The notes beneath the pieces are model-generated. The model was not told the origin of the DNA, searched no databases, and was given only the letters and a program-made list of their open reading frames with translations. The translations under genes were made by a program, and so were the position numbers. From assembly GCA_963789635.1 (NCBI GenBank), contig CAWBLF010000001.1, positions 59,568-123,567 on the forward strand: a stretch of DNA of 64,000 nucleotides, in the 5' to 3' direction. Positions 53,748 to 61,753 of the stretch are shown here, one piece after another. The DNA comes from an uncultured bacterium. Lineage in GTDB: Bacteria > Patescibacteriota > Minisyncoccia > Phycocordibacterales > Zambryskibacteraceae. Positions within the stretch are counted from its first letter, which is position 1. Each line of letters begins with the position of its first letter.

Positions 53748-55439
53748 ATGAAATTAAACAAAAAATATATGAATGAGGTTAGGGAATTAAACATAAACCA
53801 CTCCGAAGAGAGACAGCGAAGAATTATTTATTCGCTTCTAGTTGCTTTGGTCTATGTATTACTCCCGTTGAGTTTTGGAAATATTGTTTTTGCAGAACAA
53901 CAAGGCAATGGACAGATCAATGGAAATTCAAATTATGGTTCTGGCTTAAACGCCGGAGGAAATGCTTCTAATTTTGGTTCTGGTGTGGGTGGTAATACTG
54001 ATAGTGATGGTGGCAGTAGTGGAGGAAGTGTAAACTCCGGAAGCAGTAGCGTAGATACTTCTGTATCAGAATCAAGTAGTAATAATTCTGGTGGAGTTAA
54101 TGCGGGCGGGGTAAACTCAGGAGGGGGAAGCGGTGGTACCGGTGGTTCAAAAGGTGGGGGTGGAGAAGTGGAAACTACCGCAGGGAATAATCTTTCGTTT
54201 CCTACGATTGCTGGCGATGGATTTGCCATTGTTCCCATATCACAAACATTGTTTACTAAGCAATACAGCGGTCTTTATGTAGGGCTTACGGCAGAGGAAA
54301 TCGCTTCCCTTCAAGGATACGAGTGGTATGCCCAAAAAACTGATGGAAATATATGGCAAGCTGGTTATTTCCTAAATCCATCTGGAACTCGCATAAATAT
54401 TTTCGGTGTTGATTGGGGTGATAATGTTGAATCGGTCAATCCTCTTCTTGGTCAGCCGTTTAGGTTGGAAGTGACACTTTATACGAAGCCAACCACACTG
54501 ATGATCGGATACAACATGAGAGCGCTTGCAAATCCAAGTAGTCCAGATGAGATTCAGGGGACAAACAAGGTAACATATGAAAGTTTGTTTGCGACAGTGG
54601 CTTCCCCGCGCCCAACTATGGTTATTCAGCATATTCTAGATGCGAGCGCAACTTCTAGTTTGGTCTGGAATGGGACAGCATGGACTAAGGATGGATTAGT
54701 TATTCCAACAACGACCATTAGTTTCGGACCTGAGCTCAATGTTGCAGGTAAATATGTATATGGTGCATCGAGTGGGGGATGGAGACCCGTTGAAGATGGT
54801 CTTTATCGTTTGACCTTCTATGCCCCTGCAAGTGACATATCATTTCGAGATGCAGTCGTAGGTAACCTTGCAGACTGGAGTACAACAACAGAAGTTGCAA
54901 CCGAAACAGAAACTGGCGTAGCGAAGCCGGTAATTGATGTGGCGGATAATCTCACATATATAGACACAACGGTTGTCTCTGGTCGTACGGGCCAAAAACC
55001 TGCAAGTACCAGTGGGTCAGGAAGTAGTTCAGGCAATACGGGCGGGGGGAGTGGTGGGCAAACTTCATCTACTCTGCTAACCGCAAGTGTTTTGAGTAGT
55101 GTTGATGCTAGTACTGACAGTACAAACACAAACGGAAACAATAACTCTAAATGCGAGCCATACCTTACAGATTATTTGAGTCCTACCAAACAAAATAATC
55201 CATATCAAGTTATTTTGCTTCAGGAATTCTTAAATGAAACACTGGGTACAAATATTCCATTAACCGGTGTTTATGGAAATCAAACTATAAATGGAGTAAA
55301 TCTTCTTCAGACAACATATCCGGATGAAATACTAAAGCCATGGGTTGATGCTGGACACGAAGATGTTTCTCTTGTAAAAGGTACGGGCAATGTATATGTG
55401 ACAACTCTTGCCAAAATAAATGGTATGAAGTGTCACTGA
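53748..55439 (+). CDS. Secreted Gly/Ser-rich surface protein with C-terminal PG-binding-like domain
   Basis: TM/signal IIYSLLVALVYVLLPLSFGNIVFA and long GS/GN low-complexity regions around a central globular domain. C-terminal segment: CEPYLTDYL...QVILLQEFLNETLG...LTGVYGNQTINGVNLLQ. Confidence 0.6.
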   Translation: MKLNKKYMNEVRELNINHSEERQRRIIYSLLVALVYVLLPLSFGNIVFAEQQGNGQINGNSNYGSGLNAGGNASNFGSGVGGNTDSDGGSSGGSVNSGSSSVDTSVSESSSNNSGGVNAGGVNSGGGSGGTGGSKGGGGEVETTAGNNLSFPTIAGDGFAIVPISQTLFTKQYSGLYVGLTAEEIASLQGYEWYAQKTDGNIWQAGYFLNPSGTRINIFGVDWGDNVESVNPLLGQPFRLEVTLYTKPTTLMIGYNMRALANPSSPDEIQGTNKVTYESLFATVASPRPTMVIQHILDASATSSLVWNGTAWTKDGLVIPTTTISFGPELNVAGKYVYGASSGGWRPVEDGLYRLTFYAPASDISFRDAVVGNLADWSTTTEVATETETGVAKPVIDVADNLTYIDTTVVSGRTGQKPASTSGSGSSSGNTGGGSGGQTSSTLLTASVLSSVDASTDSTNTNGNNNSKCEPYLTDYLSPTKQNNPYQVILLQEFLNETLGTNIPLTGVYGNQTINGVNLLQTTYPDEILKPWVDAGHEDVSLVKGTGNVYVTTLAKINGMKCH

Positions 55440-55526
55440 ATTCACCAAAGGTAGGGGAGGTGTGCAAATTCCAATTCGTTGCAAGACATCGTTCGAGGAT
55501 AAGAACCTAACTCTGTGTTTTAGCGC

Positions 55527-55562
55527 AAGACTCTCGCTTGGCTTTGGCCAAGCGAGAGTCTT
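55527..55562. terminator. 16-bp perfect hairpin after the surface-protein gene
   Basis: AAGACTCTCGCTTGGC-tttg-GCCAAGCGAGAGTCTT. There is no strong T-run, so terminator function is uncertain. Confidence 0.45.
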
Positions 55563-55653
55563 AGTTCAAAGTGTGTTTGCGGATCTAGCATGAGGGAGCT
55601 TGGTAGTACAAAAAATGGTATTATCTACAGATAACAGTTAATAATTTAAATTT

Positions 55654-55950
55654 ATGTGGAATACTTATGATTCTTTTGGATACGGCATGCACATGACTTC
55701 CTTTTTTGGTCTTTTTGCGCCGATTATCTTGGCCTTTGTTCTGATAGTGATTGCCCTCAAAGGTTACACTTTGTGGCACGCGGCAAGGCGAGATGAGAAG
55801 TGGTGGTTTATCGCTCTTCTCATCATAAACACAGCAGGCATTCTGGAATTGATTTATATAATCTTCTTTTTGAAAAAATTCTCGGTAAAAACTGAAAACC
55901 AAACACTCAAAGAAGACCACAAGGTTGAACATCAGAACGAATCGAAATAA
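55654..55950 (+). CDS. Small membrane protein (DUF5652-like)
   Basis: 98 aa: LKGYTLWHAARRDEKWWFIALLIINTAGILELIYIIFF, a pattern seen in small CPR membrane proteins. Confidence 0.6.
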   Translation: MWNTYDSFGYGMHMTSFFGLFAPIILAFVLIVIALKGYTLWHAARRDEKWWFIALLIINTAGILELIYIIFFLKKFSVKTENQTLKEDHKVEHQNESK

Positions 55951-55961
55951 AAGTTTACAAA

Positions 55962-56345
55962 ATGAAACTGCTCGGAATTGACTATGGAGCGAAACGCGTA
56001 GGCATCGCCATATCCGATGATGGAGGAAGTGTGGCTTTTGCCAAATCGGTTTTGCCGGCGGGGCGAGAGCTTGTTTCCGAGATTCAAAAAATATGTGCCG
56101 AAGAAAAAGTGCAAGGAATTGTCATCGGAGAGTCTAAGGATTATTCGGGAGCCGAAAATCCAATAATGAAAGAAATTCACGAATTGAAGAAAGAATTTGA
56201 GGAAAAACTTAAACTTCCTGTATATTTTGAACCAGAGCTTATGACCAGTGTTGAGGCCCAGCGCATTCAGGGACAGAATGAGATGAACGACGCATCGGCG
56301 GCGGCAATAATCCTACAAAGTTACATAGAAAGAAATAAAAAATAA
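55962..56345 (+). CDS. ruvX: Pre-16S rRNA nuclease / Holliday-junction-resolvase-like YqgF (RuvX)
   Basis: MKLLGIDYGAKRVGIAISD...VIGESKDYSG...DASAAAIILQSY. Confidence 0.85.
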   Translation: MKLLGIDYGAKRVGIAISDDGGSVAFAKSVLPAGRELVSEIQKICAEEKVQGIVIGESKDYSGAENPIMKEIHELKKEFEEKLKLPVYFEPELMTSVEAQRIQGQNEMNDASAAAIILQSYIERNKK

Positions 56346-56462
56346 GAAATAATATGATGATAAATAAAACTAAGGCGTCGGACGTCCAAAAAATGGAAAC
56401 CGTGCGGACAACTTCTCAACTCCAGATTCGTGTCACTCGATCTTATTCGCTATAATTAGTCC

Positions 56463-56789
56463 ATGATTTCCTTTGACGATTTTAAAAAAGTAGAAATGAA
56501 AATAGGAGAGATTCTTTCGGCCGAAAGGGTAGAGGGGTCGGAAAAGCTACTTAAGTTGTCCGTAAACTTTGCCGAGGAAACGCCACGACAAGTCATCTCC
56601 GGTATAGGCAAATATTTTACTGATTTAAACACGCTTGTTGGAAAACATTATGCTTTTGTCACAAATCTTGAGTCTAGAAGCATAATGGGGTTTGAAAGTC
56701 AGGCGATGATTGTGGCCGCAAATACCGATGAAGATATTGCATTTTTTGATGCGGGACAAAAGATTCCTCCCGGAACATTGCTCAAGTAA
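56463..56789 (+). CDS. tRNA-binding domain protein (CsaA/EMAP-II OB fold)
   Basis: FDDFKKVEMKIGEILSAERVEGSEKLLKLSVNF...RQVISGIGKYF...LVGKHYAFVTNLE. Confidence 0.8.
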   Translation: MISFDDFKKVEMKIGEILSAERVEGSEKLLKLSVNFAEETPRQVISGIGKYFTDLNTLVGKHYAFVTNLESRSIMGFESQAMIVAANTDEDIAFFDAGQKIPPGTLLK

Positions 56790-56867
56790 ATAATCAGCCG
56801 GAACTTTTCATTTTAGGGGACAATTAGCAACTTTTGGTATCAAATTTTGTTGTATAATTCAGATGTA

Positions 56868-57917
56868 ATGTCCAAAAGCTTCTTTGATTTTTTCCCCACC
56901 CCAAAATTTCTTGAAATGCCTGCCCCCGGTATGGCGCTTACAGACGCAGGCATCACTTTCATAGAATTTGGCTATCACAATGACGAGCTTGAAATAGAGC
57001 GGTATGGTTCGGCTGACCTTCCTCAAGGCCTGATAGTCGGAGGAGTAATAAAAGACCAGGAGCATTTTGTTCACGCTCTAGAAAATTTTCGTAAAAGCTT
57101 TAAGTTGCAACATATTCGTACCTCATTTCCAGAAGAAAGAGCGTATTTGTTTCAAACGACAGTGCCGGATGTAGGCACCGGCGAACTTCGTGACGCGGTG
57201 GAGGCGACCATCGAAGAAAATGTTCCACTTTCTTTGGCGGAAATTGTTTTTGATTACAATGTTTTGCCCCAAACAGACACCACCTTGGAAGGCAAGATAA
57301 ACGTCTCCGTATCCGTGGTGCCGGAAACGGTAGTGCTTGAATATTTGTCTGCTTTTAGAACAGCCGGTTTCATACCGCTTCACTTTGATGTGGAATCACA
57401 GGCAGTTACCAAAGCTCTAGTTTCACCCAACGACGCGGGGGTAAGCCTGATTGTGAATCTCAACACGACCAAAGCGGGCATTTATATTGTTTCCGATAGC
57501 GCGGTGACATTTAGCTCTATTATCAATGTCGAACCGCCAAACAAACCACGTACACATTTTTCTAAAATCCAAAACAAAAATGTAGAGATGTCTCAAGTTG
57601 ACATACTTTCGGATTATTCCGGACTCCCATCGCTGGTCCAAGAAATAAAAAAAATATTTTTGTATTGGCAAGCGCAAGCGGACAGACTCAACCAAAGACC
57701 ACGACAAATAGAACGTATCATTTTGTGTGGAAATGAAGCCGGCAGACCGGGGATAACGGAATATATAGAGAGCGAGACAAAACTTAAAACCGAGCTTGGT
57801 AATGTGTGGCGCAATGTTTGCACATTTGAACATTACATACCACCCATTCCTTTGGCCGAGTCTTTGGCTTATGCAGGAGCTGTGGGACTGGCTCTTCCAC
57901 ACCAAGATATTTCTTAG
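56868..57917 (+). CDS. pilM: Type IV pilus assembly protein PilM-like (actin-like ATPase fold)
   Basis: ~350 aa immediately upstream of PilN/PilO-like genes, with the pattern ...GLALTDAGITFIEF...IVFDYNVL...LIVNLNTTKAGIYIV... ATG 56868 lies inside the TTG-initiated ORF. Confidence 0.65.
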   Translation: MSKSFFDFFPTPKFLEMPAPGMALTDAGITFIEFGYHNDELEIERYGSADLPQGLIVGGVIKDQEHFVHALENFRKSFKLQHIRTSFPEERAYLFQTTVPDVGTGELRDAVEATIEENVPLSLAEIVFDYNVLPQTDTTLEGKINVSVSVVPETVVLEYLSAFRTAGFIPLHFDVESQAVTKALVSPNDAGVSLIVNLNTTKAGIYIVSDSAVTFSSIINVEPPNKPRTHFSKIQNKNVEMSQVDILSDYSGLPSLVQEIKKIFLYWQAQADRLNQRPRQIERIILCGNEAGRPGITEYIESETKLKTELGNVWRNVCTFEHYIPPIPLAESLAYAGAVGLALPHQDIS

Positions 57918-57934
57918 TTTTTATATTTATTGTC

Positions 57935-58474
57935 ATGTTCAACCTTCTTCCAGAACCAGAAAAAAAGCAAATACTCGATGAATATAAACTTCGTCGTTTG
58001 ATAGTCCTTTTGTTTTTCATTTTTGTCATCGGACTTGTCGCTCTCATCTCTATATTCCCTTCATATATTCTGGCTTCCGCGAAGATCAACGAAGCGCAAG
58101 GCAATCTGCTTTCGGTGAAAAATTCCCCGATTTTTTCAGAAGGAATCGCTCTTACAAACCAAATTACACAAGTAAATCAAAAGCTTGTAGCTCTACAACC
58201 ACCACCGGGTGAGGCGTATGTGGAAGATATTTTCAACGCTGTAATTAAACACAAAATACCTACTGTGCGCATAAATGGGCTGTCGTTTGCCAGGGGCACT
58301 TCCGGTGGCAGTGATCTCGTAGTGAGCGGGGTAGCGAGTTCACGAGATGCACTTTCGGCTTTTGTGGACGCTTTGAAACAAGAACCTCTTTTTAGCAACG
58401 TGAATTTGCCCGTGTCTAATTTTGCCCAAGACGTCAACGCCGATTTTTCCGTAGACATAAAGGGAAATTTTTAA
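57935..58474 (+). CDS. pilN: PilN-like fimbrial assembly protein
   Basis: MFNLLPEPEKKQ (the INLLP-type N-terminus), a single TM LIVLLFFIFVIGLVALISIF and a periplasmic domain. Confidence 0.65.
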   Translation: MFNLLPEPEKKQILDEYKLRRLIVLLFFIFVIGLVALISIFPSYILASAKINEAQGNLLSVKNSPIFSEGIALTNQITQVNQKLVALQPPPGEAYVEDIFNAVIKHKIPTVRINGLSFARGTSGGSDLVVSGVASSRDALSAFVDALKQEPLFSNVNLPVSNFAQDVNADFSVDIKGNF

Positions 58475-58478
58475 TGAC

Positions 58479-59069
58479 ATGAAAAACAGTACACCGACAA
58501 AAAAAATATTGGAAATGGCGATTGCTCTGAATGTTTTGGTTTTTGGCGCATACGGTTTTCTTTTTTGGAGCATTCAGAATAAGGAGGCACAAGCCGGAGT
58601 GATTTTGTCGGAAGTGGTGCAAAACAACGCAAGGAACGATTCGCTAATAGCCATAAAGTCGTCACTCAGTGAAAACCAAGATTTCATTTCGCAGATTGAT
58701 TCGCTGTTTATCCCGAGCGATGGGGCAGTGGCTTTCATAAATATGCTTGAGACGCTTGGGCAACAAAGTGGCGTAAAGGTGTCCATCAATTCTGTGGGAG
58801 TGACTCAAGATCCAAAAATTGCAAAGGATTTTAAGCAGACTCTCCACCTGAATCTGATGACCGATGGTTCGTGGAGCAACACATTCGCATTTCTTTCAAT
58901 TGTTGAAAACTTGCCATATCGTATCCAATTTGAACAGGTGAACCTCACTCTTTCCGGTGGGGCTGACAGCATATTGTATAAGGGTGCAAACATGAACAGT
59001 CCACGGACCAGGGCGGCAAACGAATCATGGAACGGTATATTTGATGTTACAGTTTTGCAACTACAATAA
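58479..59069 (+). CDS. pilO: PilO-like pilus assembly protein
   Basis: Single N-terminal TM (AIALNVLVFGAYGFLFW), a coiled segment and a ferredoxin-like C-terminal domain. The assignment rests on position and architecture. Confidence 0.5.
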   Translation: MKNSTPTKKILEMAIALNVLVFGAYGFLFWSIQNKEAQAGVILSEVVQNNARNDSLIAIKSSLSENQDFISQIDSLFIPSDGAVAFINMLETLGQQSGVKVSINSVGVTQDPKIAKDFKQTLHLNLMTDGSWSNTFAFLSIVENLPYRIQFEQVNLTLSGGADSILYKGANMNSPRTRAANESWNGIFDVTVLQLQ

Positions 59070-59070
59070 A

Positions 59071-59403
59071 ATGAAAAAAATTAACTTTAAAAAATTAATC
59101 TCACAGATACACCTACCGAAAAAGAAGGAGTATCGGACTATAAGCGGAAAGGCGCAACACGATTGGAAAATATTATCGATAGGCTTTATGGTTGTTGCCC
59201 TTATCGTGATTGGAGTAAATACACTTTTATTTTTCAAAGTGAACAACCCAGGACCTTCACAGGGCGCGTCTGCCCAAGATATGACAAGCGGTGTCATCAG
59301 CAAGAAAAACCTTGATGATACGGTTCAATTTTTTCAAGCAAGGGCTACACGCCTAACCGAATTGAAACTGAATAAGCCGAACGTCCCAGATCCATCTCTA
59401 TAA
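59071..59403 (+). CDS. Hypothetical single-TM protein, last gene of the pilMNO operon
   Basis: MKKINFKKL... with the TM segment ILSIGFMVVALIVIGVNTLLFF. The start is taken at ATG 59071 within ORF 59041..59403. Confidence 0.5.
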   Translation: MKKINFKKLISQIHLPKKKEYRTISGKAQHDWKILSIGFMVVALIVIGVNTLLFFKVNNPGPSQGASAQDMTSGVISKKNLDDTVQFFQARATRLTELKLNKPNVPDPSL

Positions 59404-59406
59404 TTG

Positions 59407-59497
59407 TGGTCAGTGGTTTCGTCTACAGACGAAACATTACTTAGCTCGGCACAGAATCAGAAAATCCCGCGCAGGCGGGATGTTTCTGTATTCTGTG
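59407..59497 (-). repeat. Short tRNA-trailer element copy (3' of tRNA-Arg-TCT)
   Basis: On the tRNA-sense strand: canonical H1, CCGAGCTAAGTAAT, the hairpin GTTTCGTC-tgta-GACGAAAC, and the end CACTGACCAC. Confidence 0.8.
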
Positions 59498-59567
59498 CCC
59501 CCGGTAAGAATCGAACTTACATTGACGGCTTAGAAGTCCGCAGTTCTATCCATTGAACTACGGGGGC
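59496..59567 (-). tRNA. tRNA-Arg (anticodon TCT)
   Basis: Acceptor GCCCCCG/CGGGGGC, D arm GTTC-AATGGATA-GAAC, anticodon loop CT-TCT-AA (the stem has one G-U pair and one A/G mismatch), T arm GTAAG-TTCGATT-CTTAC. Confidence 0.8.
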
Positions 59568-59623
59568 ATGCATAACTAATCTTACACAAAAGCGTTATAT
59601 ATTAAAGCAAAAATATTGTGTTG

Positions 59624-59705
59624 TGGGCACGGAGAGATTTGAACTCTCAAGCCTTGCGGCATACGCTTCTGAAGCGTACGCGTATACCAGTTCCGCCACG
59701 TGCCC
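59624..59705 (-). tRNA. tRNA-Leu (anticodon CAG)
   Basis: Acceptor GGGCACG/CGTGCCC, anticodon arm TACGC-TT-CAG-AA-GCGTA, a long variable arm (TGCCGCAAGGCT), T arm GAGAG-TTCAAAT-CTCTC. Confidence 0.85.
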
Positions 59706-59763
59706 ATTATCTACCTACTTATCATATCAGTGCTTTATAATACGCATAACAATCGTGCATTTG

Positions 59764-59783
59764 TACCAGTTCCGCCACGTGCC
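59764..59783 (-). repeat. Orphan 20-nt copy of the tRNA-Leu(CAG) 5' end (tRNA nt 2-21)
   Basis: TACCAGTTCCGCCACGTGCC at 59764-59783 is identical to 59685-59704 inside the tRNA. The copy lies 58 nt upstream of the tRNA in the tRNA orientation. Confidence 0.85.
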
Positions 59784-59794
59784 AAAATGTGTTT

Positions 59795-59930
59795 GTGGTC
59801 ACAGATAATTTCTTTGCCGTCGCAAAGAAATTTACGCGACCCCGCCTCGCGGTTTTGCGTACTCGCAAAACATCGCTGTGGCTCCCACAAAAGCACAAAA
59901 TCTGCCGAAGGGAGGTCTTTGTGTCTTTTG
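59795..59930 (-). repeat. tRNA-trailer composite element copy (3' of tRNA-Val)
   Basis: On the tRNA-sense strand: a divergent H1 (CACAAAAGACACAAAG...CTTTTGTG), H2 = GTTTTGCG-agta-CGCAAAAC, GAGGCGGGGTCGCG, H3 = AATTTCTTTGC-gacg-GCAAAGAAATT, and ...TCTGTGACCAC. Confidence 0.8.
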
Positions 59931-60003
59931 TGGGCGGTAGAGGATTCGAACCCCTGACATCTTCAGTGTAAATGAAGCGCTCTACCAACTGAGCTAACCG
60001 CCC
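59931..60003 (-). tRNA. tRNA-Val (anticodon TAC)
   Basis: Acceptor GGGCGGT/ACCGCCC, D arm GCTC-AGTTGGTA-GAGC, anticodon arm CTTCA-TT-TAC-AC-TGAAG, T arm AGGGG-TTCGAAT-CCTCT. Confidence 0.9.
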
Positions 60004-60251
60004 GTTACCTGCGTATACCTACCAAAACAGCTAATCGCCCGCTTACGTATACCTACCAAAACAGCTAATCGCCCGCTTACGTATACCTACCAAAACAGCT
60101 AACCAAACACAACACCTGCGTATACCTACCAAAACAGCTAACCAAACACAACACCTACGTATACCTACCAAAACAGCTAACCAAACACAACACCTGCGTA
60201 TACCTACCAAAACAGCTAACCGCCCATCACTCACGTATACCTACCAAAACA
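60004..60251 (-). repeat. Array of 7 copies of the 22-nt unit TTAGCTGTTTTGGTAGGTATAC (tRNA-sense strand) with short recurring spacers, directly 5' of tRNA-Val
   Basis: Plus-strand copies of GTATACCTACCAAAACAGCTAA lie at 60013, 60047, 60081, 60120, 60159, 60198 and 60235 (the last truncated). Spacers: tcgcccgcttac (x2), ccaaacacaacacct[g/a]c (x3) and ccgcccatcactcac. Confidence 0.9.
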
Positions 60252-60326
60252 AACGACTATGTCTGTACAACTTACAACAAAACTACTCTTAATGCCAGAT
60301 TATCAAATTTACTATATATTAGACGC

Positions 60327-61115
60327 ATGTCTATTTTGGATGAAATAAAAATTCTTTATGAGGATGATAATATTTTGGTGATCAATAAACCGGCTGGCCT
60401 TGCCGTGCACGCTGATGGCCGGACAAAAGAAGAAACGCTTGCCGACTGGGTGCTGGCCCATTATCCGGAGATGAAAGATGTGGGGGAGCGCGCGAGGCCG
60501 AGTAACGAATTACGAATAACGAACGATGATTCAATATCCAATTCTAAATTCGAAATGCAAAATTCTAATGTTTTGCGACCGGGAATAGTTCACCGTATTG
60601 ACCGCGACACTTCCGGAGCACTTATCATGGCCAAAAGCCAAAAAGCATTTGAATTTTTGAAGTCTCAATTTAAAAATCGATCCGTCCGCAAGGAATATCA
60701 CGCTTTTGTCTATGGCAACATTGATGAAAACTTTGGCACCATAGATAAGCCGATCGGCAGAAGCAGAAGTGATTTTCGCAAATGGTCGGCAGAAACAGGA
60801 GCCCGGGGGGAACTTCGGGATGCTCTGACTTATTTTGAAGTTATTAAGCGAGGTAAAGACGCCACTTTTATACGGGTGTTGCCCAAGACCGGTCGGACGC
60901 ACCAGATACGCGTGCATTTCAAAGCAATACATCACCCAATAGTGGCCGATGCGCTCTACGCTCCAAAAAAAGATAAACTTTTGGGATTTCAAAGAGTGGC
61001 TCTTCACGCATATTCGTTGGAGTTCAAAGACTTGTCCGGCAAAACTGTCGTAGTAACCGCTCCGTATCCTGCCGATTTTTTGCACGCAATGGAAGAATTT
61101 GATAAGAAAAGCTAA
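60327..61115 (+). CDS. RluA-family pseudouridine synthase (no S4 domain) with a ~30-aa insertion before the catalytic motif
   Basis: DDNILVINKPAGLAVH, catalytic HRIDRDTSGALIMAKS, and TGRTHQIRVH. Extra segment: ERARPSNELRITNDDSISNSKFEMQNSNVL. Confidence 0.85.
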   Translation: MSILDEIKILYEDDNILVINKPAGLAVHADGRTKEETLADWVLAHYPEMKDVGERARPSNELRITNDDSISNSKFEMQNSNVLRPGIVHRIDRDTSGALIMAKSQKAFEFLKSQFKNRSVRKEYHAFVYGNIDENFGTIDKPIGRSRSDFRKWSAETGARGELRDALTYFEVIKRGKDATFIRVLPKTGRTHQIRVHFKAIHHPIVADALYAPKKDKLLGFQRVALHAYSLEFKDLSGKTVVVTAPYPADFLHAMEEFDKKS

Positions 61116-61158
61116 AGTTGCATAACCGGCAATGCTGTGATAATGTGGTTTCCATTCT

Positions 61159-61587
61159 ATGAATACAAAATCAATAAAAATTTCTCCGGTCAATATGGCA
61201 AGCCGAGCGAAACTCGCGCTTCGGGCCGGTGACACGGTCAAGGTTTCTCAGAAGATTCAGGAAAAAGGTAAAACCAGACTTCAGATATTCGAAGGACTTG
61301 TCCTCGCCGTCAAGCATGGCAAAGAAGCCGGCGCCACTTTCACTGTGCGCAGGGTAGCTAGTGGGGTAGGAGTAGAAAAAATTTTCCCTTTGTATTCTCC
61401 AATGATAGACAAGATTACAGTTACAAAAAGTTCTGAAGTTCGACGTTCCAAGCTTTATCATATTCGTGAGAAGGCCGCCAAAGAAATCAAGCGACAAATG
61501 CGCAACGCCCGTTTTGTCGCGCCTGCGGAAGAGGAGACAGAAGAAGTTATTGTAGAAGTGCCCGTTGAAGAAGCCAAAACCGAATAA
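61159..61587 (+). CDS. rplS: 50S ribosomal protein L19 (with acidic C-terminal tail)
   Basis: GDTVKVSQKIQEKGKTRLQIFEGLVLAVKHGKEAGATFTVRR.ASGVGVEKIFPLYSP.IDKI.V......RRSKLYHIREK. Confidence 0.9.
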   Translation: MNTKSIKISPVNMASRAKLALRAGDTVKVSQKIQEKGKTRLQIFEGLVLAVKHGKEAGATFTVRRVASGVGVEKIFPLYSPMIDKITVTKSSEVRRSKLYHIREKAAKEIKRQMRNARFVAPAEEETEEVIVEVPVEEAKTE

Positions 61588-61671
61588 ATTAAAGATTAGT
61601 AAACCCTCCAAATATTTTCACGCGGATTTTCATTTGAAAAATAACACTTTTTACATATAATGTTCTGACTT

Positions 61672-61753
61672 GCCCGGGTGGAGAAATTGGTAGACTTACT
61701 ACCTTGAGGTGGTAGCGCCGAAAGGCATGCAGGTTCGAGTCCTGTCCCGGGCA
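61672..61753 (+). tRNA. tRNA-Leu (anticodon GAG)
   Basis: Acceptor GCCCGGG/CCCGGGC, anticodon arm CTACC-TT-GAG-GT-GGTAG, a long variable arm, T arm GCAGG-TTCGAGT-CCTGT. Confidence 0.85.

Noticed and set aside
60043-60234. ORF encoding MSDGRLAVLVGIRRCCVWLAVLVGIRRCCVW...
   Set aside because: It is a direct translation of the 34/39-nt tandem array. Periodicity at the peptide level equals the DNA repeat period, and there is no start context.
60004-60251. Possible CRISPR array (regularly spaced 22-nt repeats)
   Set aside because: The spacers are only 12-17 nt and are themselves repeated (2x and 3x). The repeat is short and contains the tRNA-Val 5' end, and no cas genes are in the window. It is better described as a higher-order tandem repeat.
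60531-61241. 236-aa minus-strand ORF
   Set aside because: It is fully antisense to the well-supported RluA-family gene and the rplS start, and it has no recognisable motifs. The same reasoning applies to other long antisense ORFs: 16345..16866, 24296..24799, 57423..57905, 5341..5724, 28556..28945, 42109..42525 and 50161..50520 (the last is the antisense of a Pro/Gly-rich tract).
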